28,963 nucleotides of DNA from an uncultured Syntrophales bacterium (GCA_964617255.1 CAZTYA010000001.1:1-28963); one strand, 5' to 3'. Shown: positions 7,332 through 18,332, counted from the first letter of the stretch. A program made the numbers and translations. The notes: generated by a model not told the origin, from the letters alone.

Positions 7332-9701
7332 ATGAAAAGGATCTCCCCCGAGCAAAAGGCCGAAATACGCATGGATTTACAGCGCGGTTTTGCCTTGCTT
7401 ACCATCATCTTCGGGCTGATTCTGTTTTCCGCTCTTGTTGCCGGAATGCTTTACCTGTCTTCGTCCAGCAGCCTGGAAACGGTTTCTTCCAACCAGAGTT
7501 TAAACGCCTGGAATCTGGCGGAATCCGGTTACCGCTACCTTGCCGCCAATTATTTGAATACCCAGGACCAAAATGACGATGGTGACTCCGATGAAGAAAA
7601 ATCCGCCTTTTTGGAACTCATCGACGGCAAGCGTTTCACGATCAGCAATCGAGGTTCCTTTTCACTGCGTGTGATGCCGTACTATTTTTCCAATCTTTCG
7701 GGCACAACGACTCCTGCGACCAATTTTACCGTCCAGTTGCCAGGAAGTACACCACCGAACTTCACCATGCCCGCAACCGGCAAAATCATGATCGGCGACG
7801 ATGATCCCTCCTCGGTCCCGCCCAGGGATTACGGCAATGGTTCCTTTAACGCCGCCACCGGCGATTTTTCCTTCAGACTCGCCTCTCCCCCCGTCGCCAT
7901 TAAGCGAGGCGCCAGCGTTTACCTGGTTCTCTATCCCAGCGCCGTGCAGAGCAACCTTTCCCCGGGCAACCATCTCAACCTGGCCCTCAATACCTATACC
8001 GGCAACAGTTTTCCACCGCGCAACGGAAACATTCAAATCGGTTCGGAGCAGCGGCTGTATCGTTATGACACCGCCATAGTCAGCGGTAATGTTTTGTCCC
8101 TGGCCAACCTCCGCCACAGTGACGGGTCTTCCTTCAACACGTCCGTCCTGACCACCACACCGGTCCTCTTCAAAAAATTTTTAGTCCTGAAATCCCTCGG
8201 CGAAGTAGGTCCGGAAAAACGGTCCCTCAGTTTCTACCAGGCGATCCACGACAGCACACGTCAACCGCCCCCGGATGTGATCAACCTGAACACAGCCGCC
8301 GCGCTGAGCGGGAATTTCGGACGAGACGGTTCCATTGCCAGTTCATCCGTAGAAACAAGGCGATTCGCCGGCGGCGGGAGCGGCGCCATTGCCAACGTCA
8401 ATACGCTCAGCGTCACAAACCGAAGCGGCGGCATAGGCCTGAACAACTATAAATGCGGTGCGTTCTGGTACAACAACACATCCAAAATTAACAGCAATTG
8501 GTCTATCACGAAAAACTTGAGCTATGATGTACAGGTTAAGGTCAGCTCAGGGTATCAACTGAGGGAACTGACCATGGGCTTGGCCTTCCGGGCGCAGAAT
8601 ACCGCCGGAACGGGAAATCCCAACACCTTCCTGGCGCTGACCTTCATGCTGTATAATCTGCCCACATTGTATATCAATCAGGTCACGTCCACGGGTAATC
8701 CCGCGATAAATGCCGGTGATACGGTAACGGGGGAATCCAGTGGTGCAACCGGCACGGTACAGGGGGCTCCCGAGATCACCGCAGGCGCTTGGACGGATGG
8801 CAATGCCGTCGCCAAGCTGCGCTTGGTTCAGGTGACGGGAACCTTCGTCAACAATGAATTCCTTCAGGTCAATGGCGTCCGCCGAGCAAGGGCCCTTGCC
8901 GGTAATGCATACATGCCCGCTGCGAACGACTTCATCCCCAATGAAATCAAACCCAAGTTTGACGATTTCAGCACGCCAAACCATAACATCGGCCCGCTGT
9001 TACTGGTACTCTGGGAGCGCAAAAGCGACAACACCTTCCGCTGGCTTGCTTATAAAGAGCTTTCCTACGATCTTTACACCCGGGGTCTCCAGGATTGGCC
9101 CAGCCCCTATGGAACCTGCACCATCAACTGCAACAAATACGACGGCCAGGTGGTTAATGATAACGCTTCGCTCCTGATCCGGGTTAAAGAGAAAAAGGAG
9201 GCTCTCCTGCCGGGTTTTGCGACCGTTAAGTTAAATGAGGTCAATGCATTCTACGGAGATGACTCGGCCCGCTATACGGGTGGAAGAATCGGAAACAGCT
9301 ATGCTTACGACATCATGGCCAATCGGCTCCGTTATCAAATCGGCAGCCCATCGTCCTTCCCCACCTGGCCGCCTAAATGGCTGACCAGCTGGGGTCCGGC
9401 CGTAGATTATTTTTCCCATATCGAAAACCCGGACACCCGACCTCAATTCCAGTGGGATGCCATCAATCCGAATGTGACTGATATCTCCGTGCTGCAAATC
9501 CTTCATGACGGAACCCTGCGCCTGGCCGAATTGGTTACGCCCGATTCCGGATCCTATACACAATCGGAAATCGGCATGATCGGCTGCGGCAACGTCACAT
9601 CAGCCAACAATGCCATAAGCTTTGGGGATTTTTCCCTGAAAATCGGTATCAACGGTCATGAATACGGTGGTTTTTCCGGAACCAGCATGGCCTGGGAATA
9701 A
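7332..9701 (+). CDS. PilX/GspK-like pilin (no Glu5) fused to a large C-terminal beta-rich putative adhesin region
   Basis: QRG|FALLT plus hydrophobic helix and AWNLAESG (PilX N-terminal motif), followed by ~650 aa of Thr/Asn/Gly/Ser-rich sequence. Start uncertain (7305, 7332 or 7371). Confidence 0.75.
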   Translation: MKRISPEQKAEIRMDLQRGFALLTIIFGLILFSALVAGMLYLSSSSSLETVSSNQSLNAWNLAESGYRYLAANYLNTQDQNDDGDSDEEKSAFLELIDGKRFTISNRGSFSLRVMPYYFSNLSGTTTPATNFTVQLPGSTPPNFTMPATGKIMIGDDDPSSVPPRDYGNGSFNAATGDFSFRLASPPVAIKRGASVYLVLYPSAVQSNLSPGNHLNLALNTYTGNSFPPRNGNIQIGSEQRLYRYDTAIVSGNVLSLANLRHSDGSSFNTSVLTTTPVLFKKFLVLKSLGEVGPEKRSLSFYQAIHDSTRQPPPDVINLNTAAALSGNFGRDGSIASSSVETRRFAGGGSGAIANVNTLSVTNRSGGIGLNNYKCGAFWYNNTSKINSNWSITKNLSYDVQVKVSSGYQLRELTMGLAFRAQNTAGTGNPNTFLALTFMLYNLPTLYINQVTSTGNPAINAGDTVTGESSGATGTVQGAPEITAGAWTDGNAVAKLRLVQVTGTFVNNEFLQVNGVRRARALAGNAYMPAANDFIPNEIKPKFDDFSTPNHNIGPLLLVLWERKSDNTFRWLAYKELSYDLYTRGLQDWPSPYGTCTINCNKYDGQVVNDNASLLIRVKEKKEALLPGFATVKLNEVNAFYGDDSARYTGGRIGNSYAYDIMANRLRYQIGSPSSFPTWPPKWLTSWGPAVDYFSHIENPDTRPQFQWDAINPNVTDISVLQILHDGTLRLAELVTPDSGSYTQSEIGMIGCGNVTSANNAISFGDFSLKIGINGHEYGGFSGTSMAWE

Positions 9702-9717
9702 CAACAAAGAAAGGTGA

Positions 9718-10185
9718 TTGGGTGTTTTGATGGATATAAAACCCGTGAAAAGAAAATGGACCTTGGTCATCACCGTCCTCGCCATACTGACGATGGCAAA
9801 CGCGGTCTTGAACGTTTCCCTGCACACGACGGAATGTGATTCCTTTTGTGCTTACGCCTCCGCCCCGATCACCCCAGATCAGGGTGAAATATCCTCACCG
9901 GCGCCCAAGCCTCCTGATGAAACAGATTTTCAGAGCTCAGTCGGCGTGATAAAAAACATTCAATGCAGCGAGGTCTGCTGCTATTACACCCTATCTTCGT
10001 TGAAAAACAGCCAAATCCTCGTTCTGCGAGGTGGTCCCGAGTTATCCTCCCCAAAGAATCTCAACAAAAAACTCTATAAAGGTACGGTCGTCAAGGTAAC
10101 GTGGCACAAAGAAAAAATTTATCACCCCGCCAACCAGATTTTTGAAACCGAACAAGTGATCGATTCTGTTGAGATATTGAGATAA
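9718..10185 (+). CDS. Hypothetical membrane-anchored or exported protein
   Basis: Basic N-terminus plus one hydrophobic helix (KRKWTLVITVLAILTMANAVL), Pro-rich linker, CxxxC and CxxxCC motifs. Fills the gap between the pilin cassette and gyrA. Alternative start ATG 9730. Confidence 0.6.
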   Translation: MGVLMDIKPVKRKWTLVITVLAILTMANAVLNVSLHTTECDSFCAYASAPITPDQGEISSPAPKPPDETDFQSSVGVIKNIQCSEVCCYYTLSSLKNSQILVLRGGPELSSPKNLNKKLYKGTVVKVTWHKEKIYHPANQIFETEQVIDSVEILR

Positions 10186-10200
10186 TCCTGTCGTACTGAA

Positions 10201-12714
10201 TTATTCCTCGATCTCTTCGCCTTCCCCCTCGTCTTCGGGAAGCTCTTCCTCGTCCCCTTCCAAGTCGTCGGTTGTCTCGGAGGAGGTATCACGTTCCACA
10301 CGGGCCATGCTGACGATGCGTTCTTCCTCACTTAAACCGATGAGCTTCACCCCCTGGGTGCTCCGGTGAATGAGGGAGATTTCATCGACGCGCAGGCGGA
10401 TGATCTTGCCGGTATCACTGATGAGAACCACGTCTTCTTCGCCTGTCACCTGGCAGATGCCGGCGACGAAGCCGACCTTGGCCACGGTCTTGAGATTGAT
10501 GGTTCCCTTGCCGCCGCGGCCCTGCAAAGGATATTCGACCACGAGGGTGCGCTTACCGTAACCGTTTTCTGAAACGGTCAGGATGGCGTTGCCTTCCGCC
10601 AGAATTTCCACCCCCACGACACGGTCGTCTTCGTCCATGCGGATGCCCGTGACGCCCCGAGCGGTCCGCCCCAAATCCCTTACGTCTTCGGCATGGAAGC
10701 GAATGGCTTTGCCCTTCCGGGTACCCAGGAAGATATCCTGCTGGTTGTTCGTAATCTGGACATCGATCAGGTCGTCTCCTTCATCGACAGACATGGCGAT
10801 GATCCCGGTGGAACGAGGATTCGCATAAGCAGACAGGACGGTCTTTTTGATAACGCCCTTCTTGGTCACCATGACAATGGACCGGTCGTCCGTGAACTCG
10901 CGTACCGGAAGGATGGCCGCCAGTTTTTCCCCCTGGGCCAGATTGATCAGGTTGACGATGGCCTTCCCGCGGGCGGCACGTCCCGCCTGGGGGATCTGGT
11001 AGACCTTGAGCCAGTACACGCGGCCTTCGGTCGTGAAGATCAGGATGTAATGATGGGTCGAGGCGATGAAGATGTTCTCCACGAAATCCTCTTCCTTGGT
11101 CTGCATGCCCATCTTGCCGCGACCGCCCCGGCGCTGGCTGCGGTAGAGGCTTACGGCGTTGCGCTTGATATAGCCCGAATGGGACACCGTAACGACCATG
11201 TCTTCCTCGACGATCATGTCCTCAATGCCGATATCCTCGACGCTGGTCACGATTTCCGTCCGCCGGTCGTCGCCGAAACGGTCCTTAATGTCATCCAACT
11301 CGCGGACGATCACGTCGAGAATTTTCCGGTTGTCCCCCAGGATGCTCAGGAGTTCCTGAATCAGCCTCATGAGTTCGGCGTATTCCGTGTCGATCTTTTC
11401 CCGTTCGAGACCTGTCAGGCGCTGGAGACGCATATCGAGGATGGCCTTCGCCTGGATTTCCGACAGGCCGAACCTCTCGCAGAGGCGGACCATCGCCTCC
11501 TGGGGATTGTCCGCCTTCTTGATGACGGCAATCACCTCGTCGATATGGTTTAAGGCAATGATGAGCCCTTCCAGGATATGGGCGCGCTCCTTGGCCCGGT
11601 CCAGTTCGAAGCGGGTGCGCCGGATGACGACTTCCCGGCGGAAATCGATGAAACTGCTTAAAACTTCCTTCAGATTAAACACCCGGGGCTGACCATGGTC
11701 GATGGCCAGCATGATGATCCCAAATGAAGTTTCCATCTGGGTATGCTTGTAAAGCTGGTTCAAAATAACCCCGGAGGGTTCGTCCCGCTTCAAGTCGATC
11801 ACGATGCGGATCCCTTCCCGATCGGATTCGTCACGCAGATCGGAAATCCCGCTGATCTTTTTCTCCTTGACCAATTCCGAAATGGCCTCAATCAGGTTGG
11901 CTTTGTTGACCTGGTAGGGAAGTTCCGTCACGATGATGCTTTCTTTTTCGCTTCTCGCGTTGCGCTCGATCAGCGCCCGGGCGCGCATCCGGACGATGCC
12001 CCGGCCCGTCCGGTAGGCGGACAGGATTCCTTCCCTGCCGTTGATGAACCCCGCCGTCGGAAAATCGGGCCCTTGGATGTAGCGCATCAGTTCCTCGATG
12101 GTAATGTCGGGGTTATTGATCAGGGCGATCGTCCCGTTGACGATTTCCCGGAGATTATGGGGTGGAATGTTCGTGGCCACGCCGACGGCGATTCCCGAGG
12201 ACCCGTTTAAAAGCAGGACCGGTAACCGGGCGGGGAGAACCGTCGGTTCCTCCATGGATTCGTCGTAGTTGGGAACGAAATCGACGGTGTCCTTGTCCAG
12301 GTCGGTCAGAAGTTCCTCCGCCAGGCGATCCATCCGGATTTCGGTATAACGCATGGCCGCCGGGGGGTCCCCGTCGATGGAGCCGAAATTGCCCTGGCCG
12401 TCGATCAGGGGATAGCGCATGGAGAAATCCTGAGCCATGCGGACGATCGTGTCGTAGGCCGCCTGGTCTCCGTGGGGATGGTACTTACCGATGATATCAC
12501 CGACGATACGGGCGGATTTTTTATAAGGCTTGTTCCAGCGGTTCCCCATCTCGTTCATCGCAAACAGGACGCGGCGATGCACGGGCTTGAGGCCGTCGCG
12601 GACATCGGGGATGGCCCGGCCGATGATGACGCTCATGGCGTAGCCCACGTAGGACTTCTTCATTTCCTCTTCGATATTTACAGGGATGTTTCTCTGATGT
12701 AACAACTGATCCAT
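10201..12714 (-). CDS. gyrA: DNA gyrase subunit A
   Basis: [29 protein letters not shown] catalytic Tyr, GyrA-box QRRGGRG, beta-pinwheel repeats, acidic tail. Confidence 0.98.
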   Translation of the reverse strand: MDQLLHQRNIPVNIEEEMKKSYVGYAMSVIIGRAIPDVRDGLKPVHRRVLFAMNEMGNRWNKPYKKSARIVGDIIGKYHPHGDQAAYDTIVRMAQDFSMRYPLIDGQGNFGSIDGDPPAAMRYTEIRMDRLAEELLTDLDKDTVDFVPNYDESMEEPTVLPARLPVLLLNGSSGIAVGVATNIPPHNLREIVNGTIALINNPDITIEELMRYIQGPDFPTAGFINGREGILSAYRTGRGIVRMRARALIERNARSEKESIIVTELPYQVNKANLIEAISELVKEKKISGISDLRDESDREGIRIVIDLKRDEPSGVILNQLYKHTQMETSFGIIMLAIDHGQPRVFNLKEVLSSFIDFRREVVIRRTRFELDRAKERAHILEGLIIALNHIDEVIAVIKKADNPQEAMVRLCERFGLSEIQAKAILDMRLQRLTGLEREKIDTEYAELMRLIQELLSILGDNRKILDVIVRELDDIKDRFGDDRRTEIVTSVEDIGIEDMIVEEDMVVTVSHSGYIKRNAVSLYRSQRRGGRGKMGMQTKEEDFVENIFIASTHHYILIFTTEGRVYWLKVYQIPQAGRAARGKAIVNLINLAQGEKLAAILPVREFTDDRSIVMVTKKGVIKKTVLSAYANPRSTGIIAMSVDEGDDLIDVQITNNQQDIFLGTRKGKAIRFHAEDVRDLGRTARGVTGIRMDEDDRVVGVEILAEGNAILTVSENGYGKRTLVVEYPLQGRGGKGTINLKTVAKVGFVAGICQVTGEEDVVLISDTGKIIRLRVDEISLIHRSTQGVKLIGLSEEERIVSMARVERDTSSETTDDLEGDEEELPEDEGEGEEIEE

Positions 12715-12754
12715 GAAAACGTTCCTTCCTCTTGTGTTTCCTTTTCTCCTCTAT

Positions 12755-12974
12755 GTCGTCCCGTAACCTGAAGGCTGTGTCACAATGCCATTCTGAGGCG
12801 CCAGGTGAAGAATCTCTTCATTAGATTCTTCACGGAGTTGATCCTTGAGCCCCGCGAAGGATTCAGAATGACCACGAACAATCATACGGCATTATGGCAC
12901 GGTCTCATAATCCGGGTTCCGTTTCCAACGCGTCAACCCCAGCAAATGGATGCCGGATCGGAGTCCGGCATGAC
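12755..12974. repeat. Family B REP-like element interrupted by family A copy 3
   Basis: Right arm tggatgccggatcggagtccggcatgac (12947-12974; 8 bp stem atgccgga/tccggcat). Joining 12755-12770 to 12910-12921 rebuilds a left arm matching the reverse complement of the right arm at 19/28. Confidence 0.6.
12771..12906. repeat. Family A palindromic MITE/REP-like element, copy 3 (136 bp)
   Basis: Terminal inverted repeats aggctgtgtcacaatgcc / ggcattatggcacggtct (14/18); inner gccattctga...tcagaatgac and gaagaatct/agattcttc; 50/55 identity with copy 2. Confidence 0.8.
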
Positions 12975-13033
12975 ATGAAAGACTTTTTTATACTCCTTTA
13001 CCAGAGAAAAACTTTTCTCCTTTAACAACGATT

Positions 13034-15442
<2,409 letters not shown>

Positions 15443-15531
15443 TTAAAAACCTCTTTTTTACTTCTTTATAAACAGCCTTATTTTAATAAATAATAAACAG
15501 AAGTATTTTATTTAATTAAATATTTTATTCT

Positions 15532-15562
15532 TTACTTCCTATTTATCCTCTTTTTATCCACA
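15532..15562 (+). promoter_or_regulatory. Perfect DnaA box TTATCCACA (15554-15562) with two in-phase degenerate boxes, in a 20% GC spacer upstream of gyrB
   Basis: Exact consensus match; ttatcctct (15543-15551) and ttacttcct (15532-15540) at 11 bp period; spacer 15440-15564 has 25 G/C in 125 nt. Confidence 0.7.
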
Positions 15563-15564
15563 GC

Positions 15565-16686
15565 TTAAATCATCAAAGGCATGACGACACAGAGGTACTC
15601 GTCATGACTGGCGGAGCGAACAATACCCGGTTTTCTACCCACTCCCAATTCAAAAGCGATGGTCTCCTCGTCGATCACTTCGATGGCGTCAATCAGGTAG
15701 TCCGCATTATAACCGACTTCCAGCTTTTCCCCTTCATAGGAAACATCTATATCCTCCTTGGCTTCACCTACATCGGCATTTTGGGATTGCAGGATCATCC
15801 GGTTCTCGGCAATGGAAAGCAGAACGGTTCTAAATTCTTCCGCCGACACCACCACCCACATTCTGCGAAGGGCATGAAGAAAACCATCCTTTGGCAAAAA
15901 CAGCACCGTACCTTTTTCAGTGGGAATGACCCTTTTGTAATCCGGATACTCCGCATTGATTAAGCTGACTTTCAACAGGACATTACCCGTCTGAACGATA
16001 AACATCTGCCCCATTAATCCAATGGCTACATGGTCCGGATCGTCCTCCACAACTTTTCGGATTTCGCCGACCCCCTTTCTGGGAAGAATAATCCCTACGG
16101 GAATATCGAGAAATTCCGACACATCCAGTTTTTTGTGCGCCAAGGACAGACGATGTCCGTCTGTCGCCACCATTCTGATGGTCACACCCTCCGGCATTGT
16201 CTCGGTCTGTAAAAAAATACCGTTTAAGTTTCTTCTCAATTCATCGGTTGACATCGCAAAAAAGACCTTGCGCACCATTTCCTTGATGAGGGTGCCCGAG
16301 ATGGGAAACAGGGGAACATTTTCTTCGGCTACGACCGCCGGATATTCATCAGCAGAAATACCCATGATCCGGTAAACCGCCTTTTGACAGGTCAGCGTCA
16401 CAATGTTACGGGAATCGGTTTCGACGTGGATGGCCTCACCCTGAATTTCTCTAATCATTTCATAGAGTTTTTTAGCGGAAAGGGTTATTTTTCCTGCTTC
16501 GGTCACCTCAGCTTCATAACGGGCAATGAGACTGATCTCACGGTCGGTGGCCACGATACGCACCCGGTTTTCTTCCGCTTCCAGGAGAATGTTACTCAAG
16601 ATGGGGAGGGTTGTTTTCTTATCGACAATGCCCAGTGTTTTTTGCACGCCTTCCAAAAAAACATCTCTTTTAATCGTAAAATCCAT
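15565..16686 (-). CDS. dnaN: DNA polymerase III beta sliding clamp
   Basis: MDFTIKRD...TTLPILSNILL, ATDREISL, VATDGHRL, IILPRKG, YPDYKRVIP, VGYNADYLID, VVMP. Start set at ATG 16686 (AAAGGA upstream); the ORF track uses 16698. Confidence 0.96.
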   Translation of the reverse strand: MDFTIKRDVFLEGVQKTLGIVDKKTTLPILSNILLEAEENRVRIVATDREISLIARYEAEVTEAGKITLSAKKLYEMIREIQGEAIHVETDSRNIVTLTCQKAVYRIMGISADEYPAVVAEENVPLFPISGTLIKEMVRKVFFAMSTDELRRNLNGIFLQTETMPEGVTIRMVATDGHRLSLAHKKLDVSEFLDIPVGIILPRKGVGEIRKVVEDDPDHVAIGLMGQMFIVQTGNVLLKVSLINAEYPDYKRVIPTEKGTVLFLPKDGFLHALRRMWVVVSAEEFRTVLLSIAENRMILQSQNADVGEAKEDIDVSYEGEKLEVGYNADYLIDAIEVIDEETIAFELGVGRKPGIVRSASHDEYLCVVMPLMI

Positions 16687-16698
16687 CTTCGTCTGCAT

Positions 16699-16850
16699 CC
16701 TTTCGGTTTAAATTAGTTATTTAAGTTTTTCTAATATTTAAATTAGTTATAGTAAAAGAACCTGTGGATAAACAGTAATGATTGATATAAAGCCGGTCTT
16801 TTTCTCTTCTTCTGTCATTTTTTCCTTGTGGATAAAACCTGTATTTAAAG
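16699..16850. other. Predicted oriC unwinding region (dnaA-dnaN spacer)
   Basis: Two perfect DnaA boxes TGTGGATAA (16763-16771, 16827-16835); DnaA-trio-like run TAG TTA TAG TAA (16744-16755) next to the proximal box; 16707-16760 is 89% AT; perfect 14 bp direct repeat tttaaattagttat (16707-16720, 16737-16750). Confidence 0.8.
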
Positions 16851-18212
16851 TTAGCGACGCTGGAGAAGTCCGTCTTCGATTTCCTGAAGGGTCTTCTTTA
16901 ACTCCTGGTCCGTTTCGATCAGTTTCTTTATTTTGTTATCCGCATAAATAACTGTAGAATGATCTCGGCCACCCAGTTTTTCCCCGATGTCCGGAAAGGA
17001 GGCATTGGTCAATTTTCTCGATAAGTACATCACTATCTGACGCGCCGAGGCCAAATTCTTGTTTTTCTTGGGAGATTTCAGGTCGGACAGTTTTATGCCG
17101 TAGCGCTCGGAAATAGCCTTCATGACATCGTCAATAGTGACGCTGACCTTTTCATTTGTTTTAAGGATTCTCGCCAAGACCTGACGGACCAGATCAAGGT
17201 CTATTTTCCGTTTTGTCAGCGATGCATAGGCAACGGTCTGGGTCAAAAATCCCTCCAGTTCCCGGATATTGGATTCCGCGTGGGAAGCAATGTAGGAGGC
17301 TGCATCGTGAGGCAGATCGATATGATTTTCCTGAGCCTTTTTCTCCAAAATGGCGATTTTTGTTTCGATTTCAGGTGGTTGAATATCGGCGATCAAGCCC
17401 CACTCGAAACGTGACCGCAGACGCCCCTCCAGGTTGGGAATGTCCTTCGGGAAATTGTCGCTGGTCATGACGATCTGTTTTCCCGAGTCATGAAGGGTGT
17501 TGAAGGTATGGAAAAATTCCTCCTGGGTGCGGTCTTTGCCGGCGATAAACTGAATATCATCAATTAACAAACAATCGATATTACGAAACTTTTCCCGAAA
17601 TTTAGGCATCTTGTCATGACGGATGGAGCTGATCAGTTCGTTAATGAATTCCTCCGCCGATACGTACAGGACGTTCATCTCCGGATAGAGGGCATAGGTC
17701 AGAAGGCCGATGGCATTCAACAGATGGGTCTTTCCCAGACCAACGCCGCCGTAGATAAAAAAAGGATTATAGTTCTTCGCCGGATGCTCCGCCACGGCAA
17801 TCGACGCCGCATGGGCGAATTGATTGGAAGAACCGATGACAAAACGGTCAAAACTGTAATTGGTATTCAAGGTGTGGTGATACTGCATTTTGGATGTTTT
17901 AACCGGTGCGGAGGACACCGCCACGTGGTTCGCATGACCATTCCCGTTGACGGATGTCTCCTCCTTCGTTTCACCCTGGGAAATGATGAAAACGATGTTT
18001 GTATTGTAACCCATCGTATTCAAAAGACATTCCTGGATCGTGTGATGGTAATTTTCCACAAGCCAGTCTTTGAAAAAACGATTCGGGACGGCCAAACAAA
18101 CTTGATTATCCTCAACAGAGAGGATGCGAATCGGCTTGATCCAGGTTTCATAATTCTGCTTGGAGACTTTTTCCTGGATCAATTTTTGTGTATTTTCCCA
18201 TAAAATCTGCAA
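16851..18212 (-). CDS. dnaA: Chromosomal replication initiator DnaA (TTG start)
   Basis: YSFDRFVIGSSNQFA, Walker A GGVGLGKTHL, LLIDDIQF, RLRSRFEWGL, NIRELEG, GGRDHSTVIYA; GAGGA SD 9 nt upstream of the TTG. Confidence 0.98.
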   Translation of the reverse strand: MQILWENTQKLIQEKVSKQNYETWIKPIRILSVEDNQVCLAVPNRFFKDWLVENYHHTIQECLLNTMGYNTNIVFIISQGETKEETSVNGNGHANHVAVSSAPVKTSKMQYHHTLNTNYSFDRFVIGSSNQFAHAASIAVAEHPAKNYNPFFIYGGVGLGKTHLLNAIGLLTYALYPEMNVLYVSAEEFINELISSIRHDKMPKFREKFRNIDCLLIDDIQFIAGKDRTQEEFFHTFNTLHDSGKQIVMTSDNFPKDIPNLEGRLRSRFEWGLIADIQPPEIETKIAILEKKAQENHIDLPHDAASYIASHAESNIRELEGFLTQTVAYASLTKRKIDLDLVRQVLARILKTNEKVSVTIDDVMKAISERYGIKLSDLKSPKKNKNLASARQIVMYLSRKLTNASFPDIGEKLGGRDHSTVIYADNKIKKLIETDQELKKTLQEIEDGLLQRR

Positions 18213-18224
18213 GGTTATAAATCC

Positions 18225-18256
18225 TCATCCACATGATTATCCACAAGTGTGGATAG
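18225..18256. promoter_or_regulatory. DnaA box cluster in the dnaA upstream region
   Basis: tcatccaca (18225-18233, 8/9), ttatccaca (18237-18245, 9/9), tgtggatag (18248-18256, 8/9, opposite orientation). Confidence 0.8.
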
Positions 18257-18332
18257 CTCTGTTCTTTTTTCCTGGTTTTAACGATGTCGGCCTATGTAAC
18301 GTTAAATGACGTCTACAAAACCATCTGTGGCA

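Noticed and set aside
18294-18307. Palindrome atgtaacgttaaat near parB, and cacgtg cores elsewhere, as parS sites
   Set aside because: None matches the TGTTTCACGTGAAACA consensus; no canonical parS was found by eye in this window.
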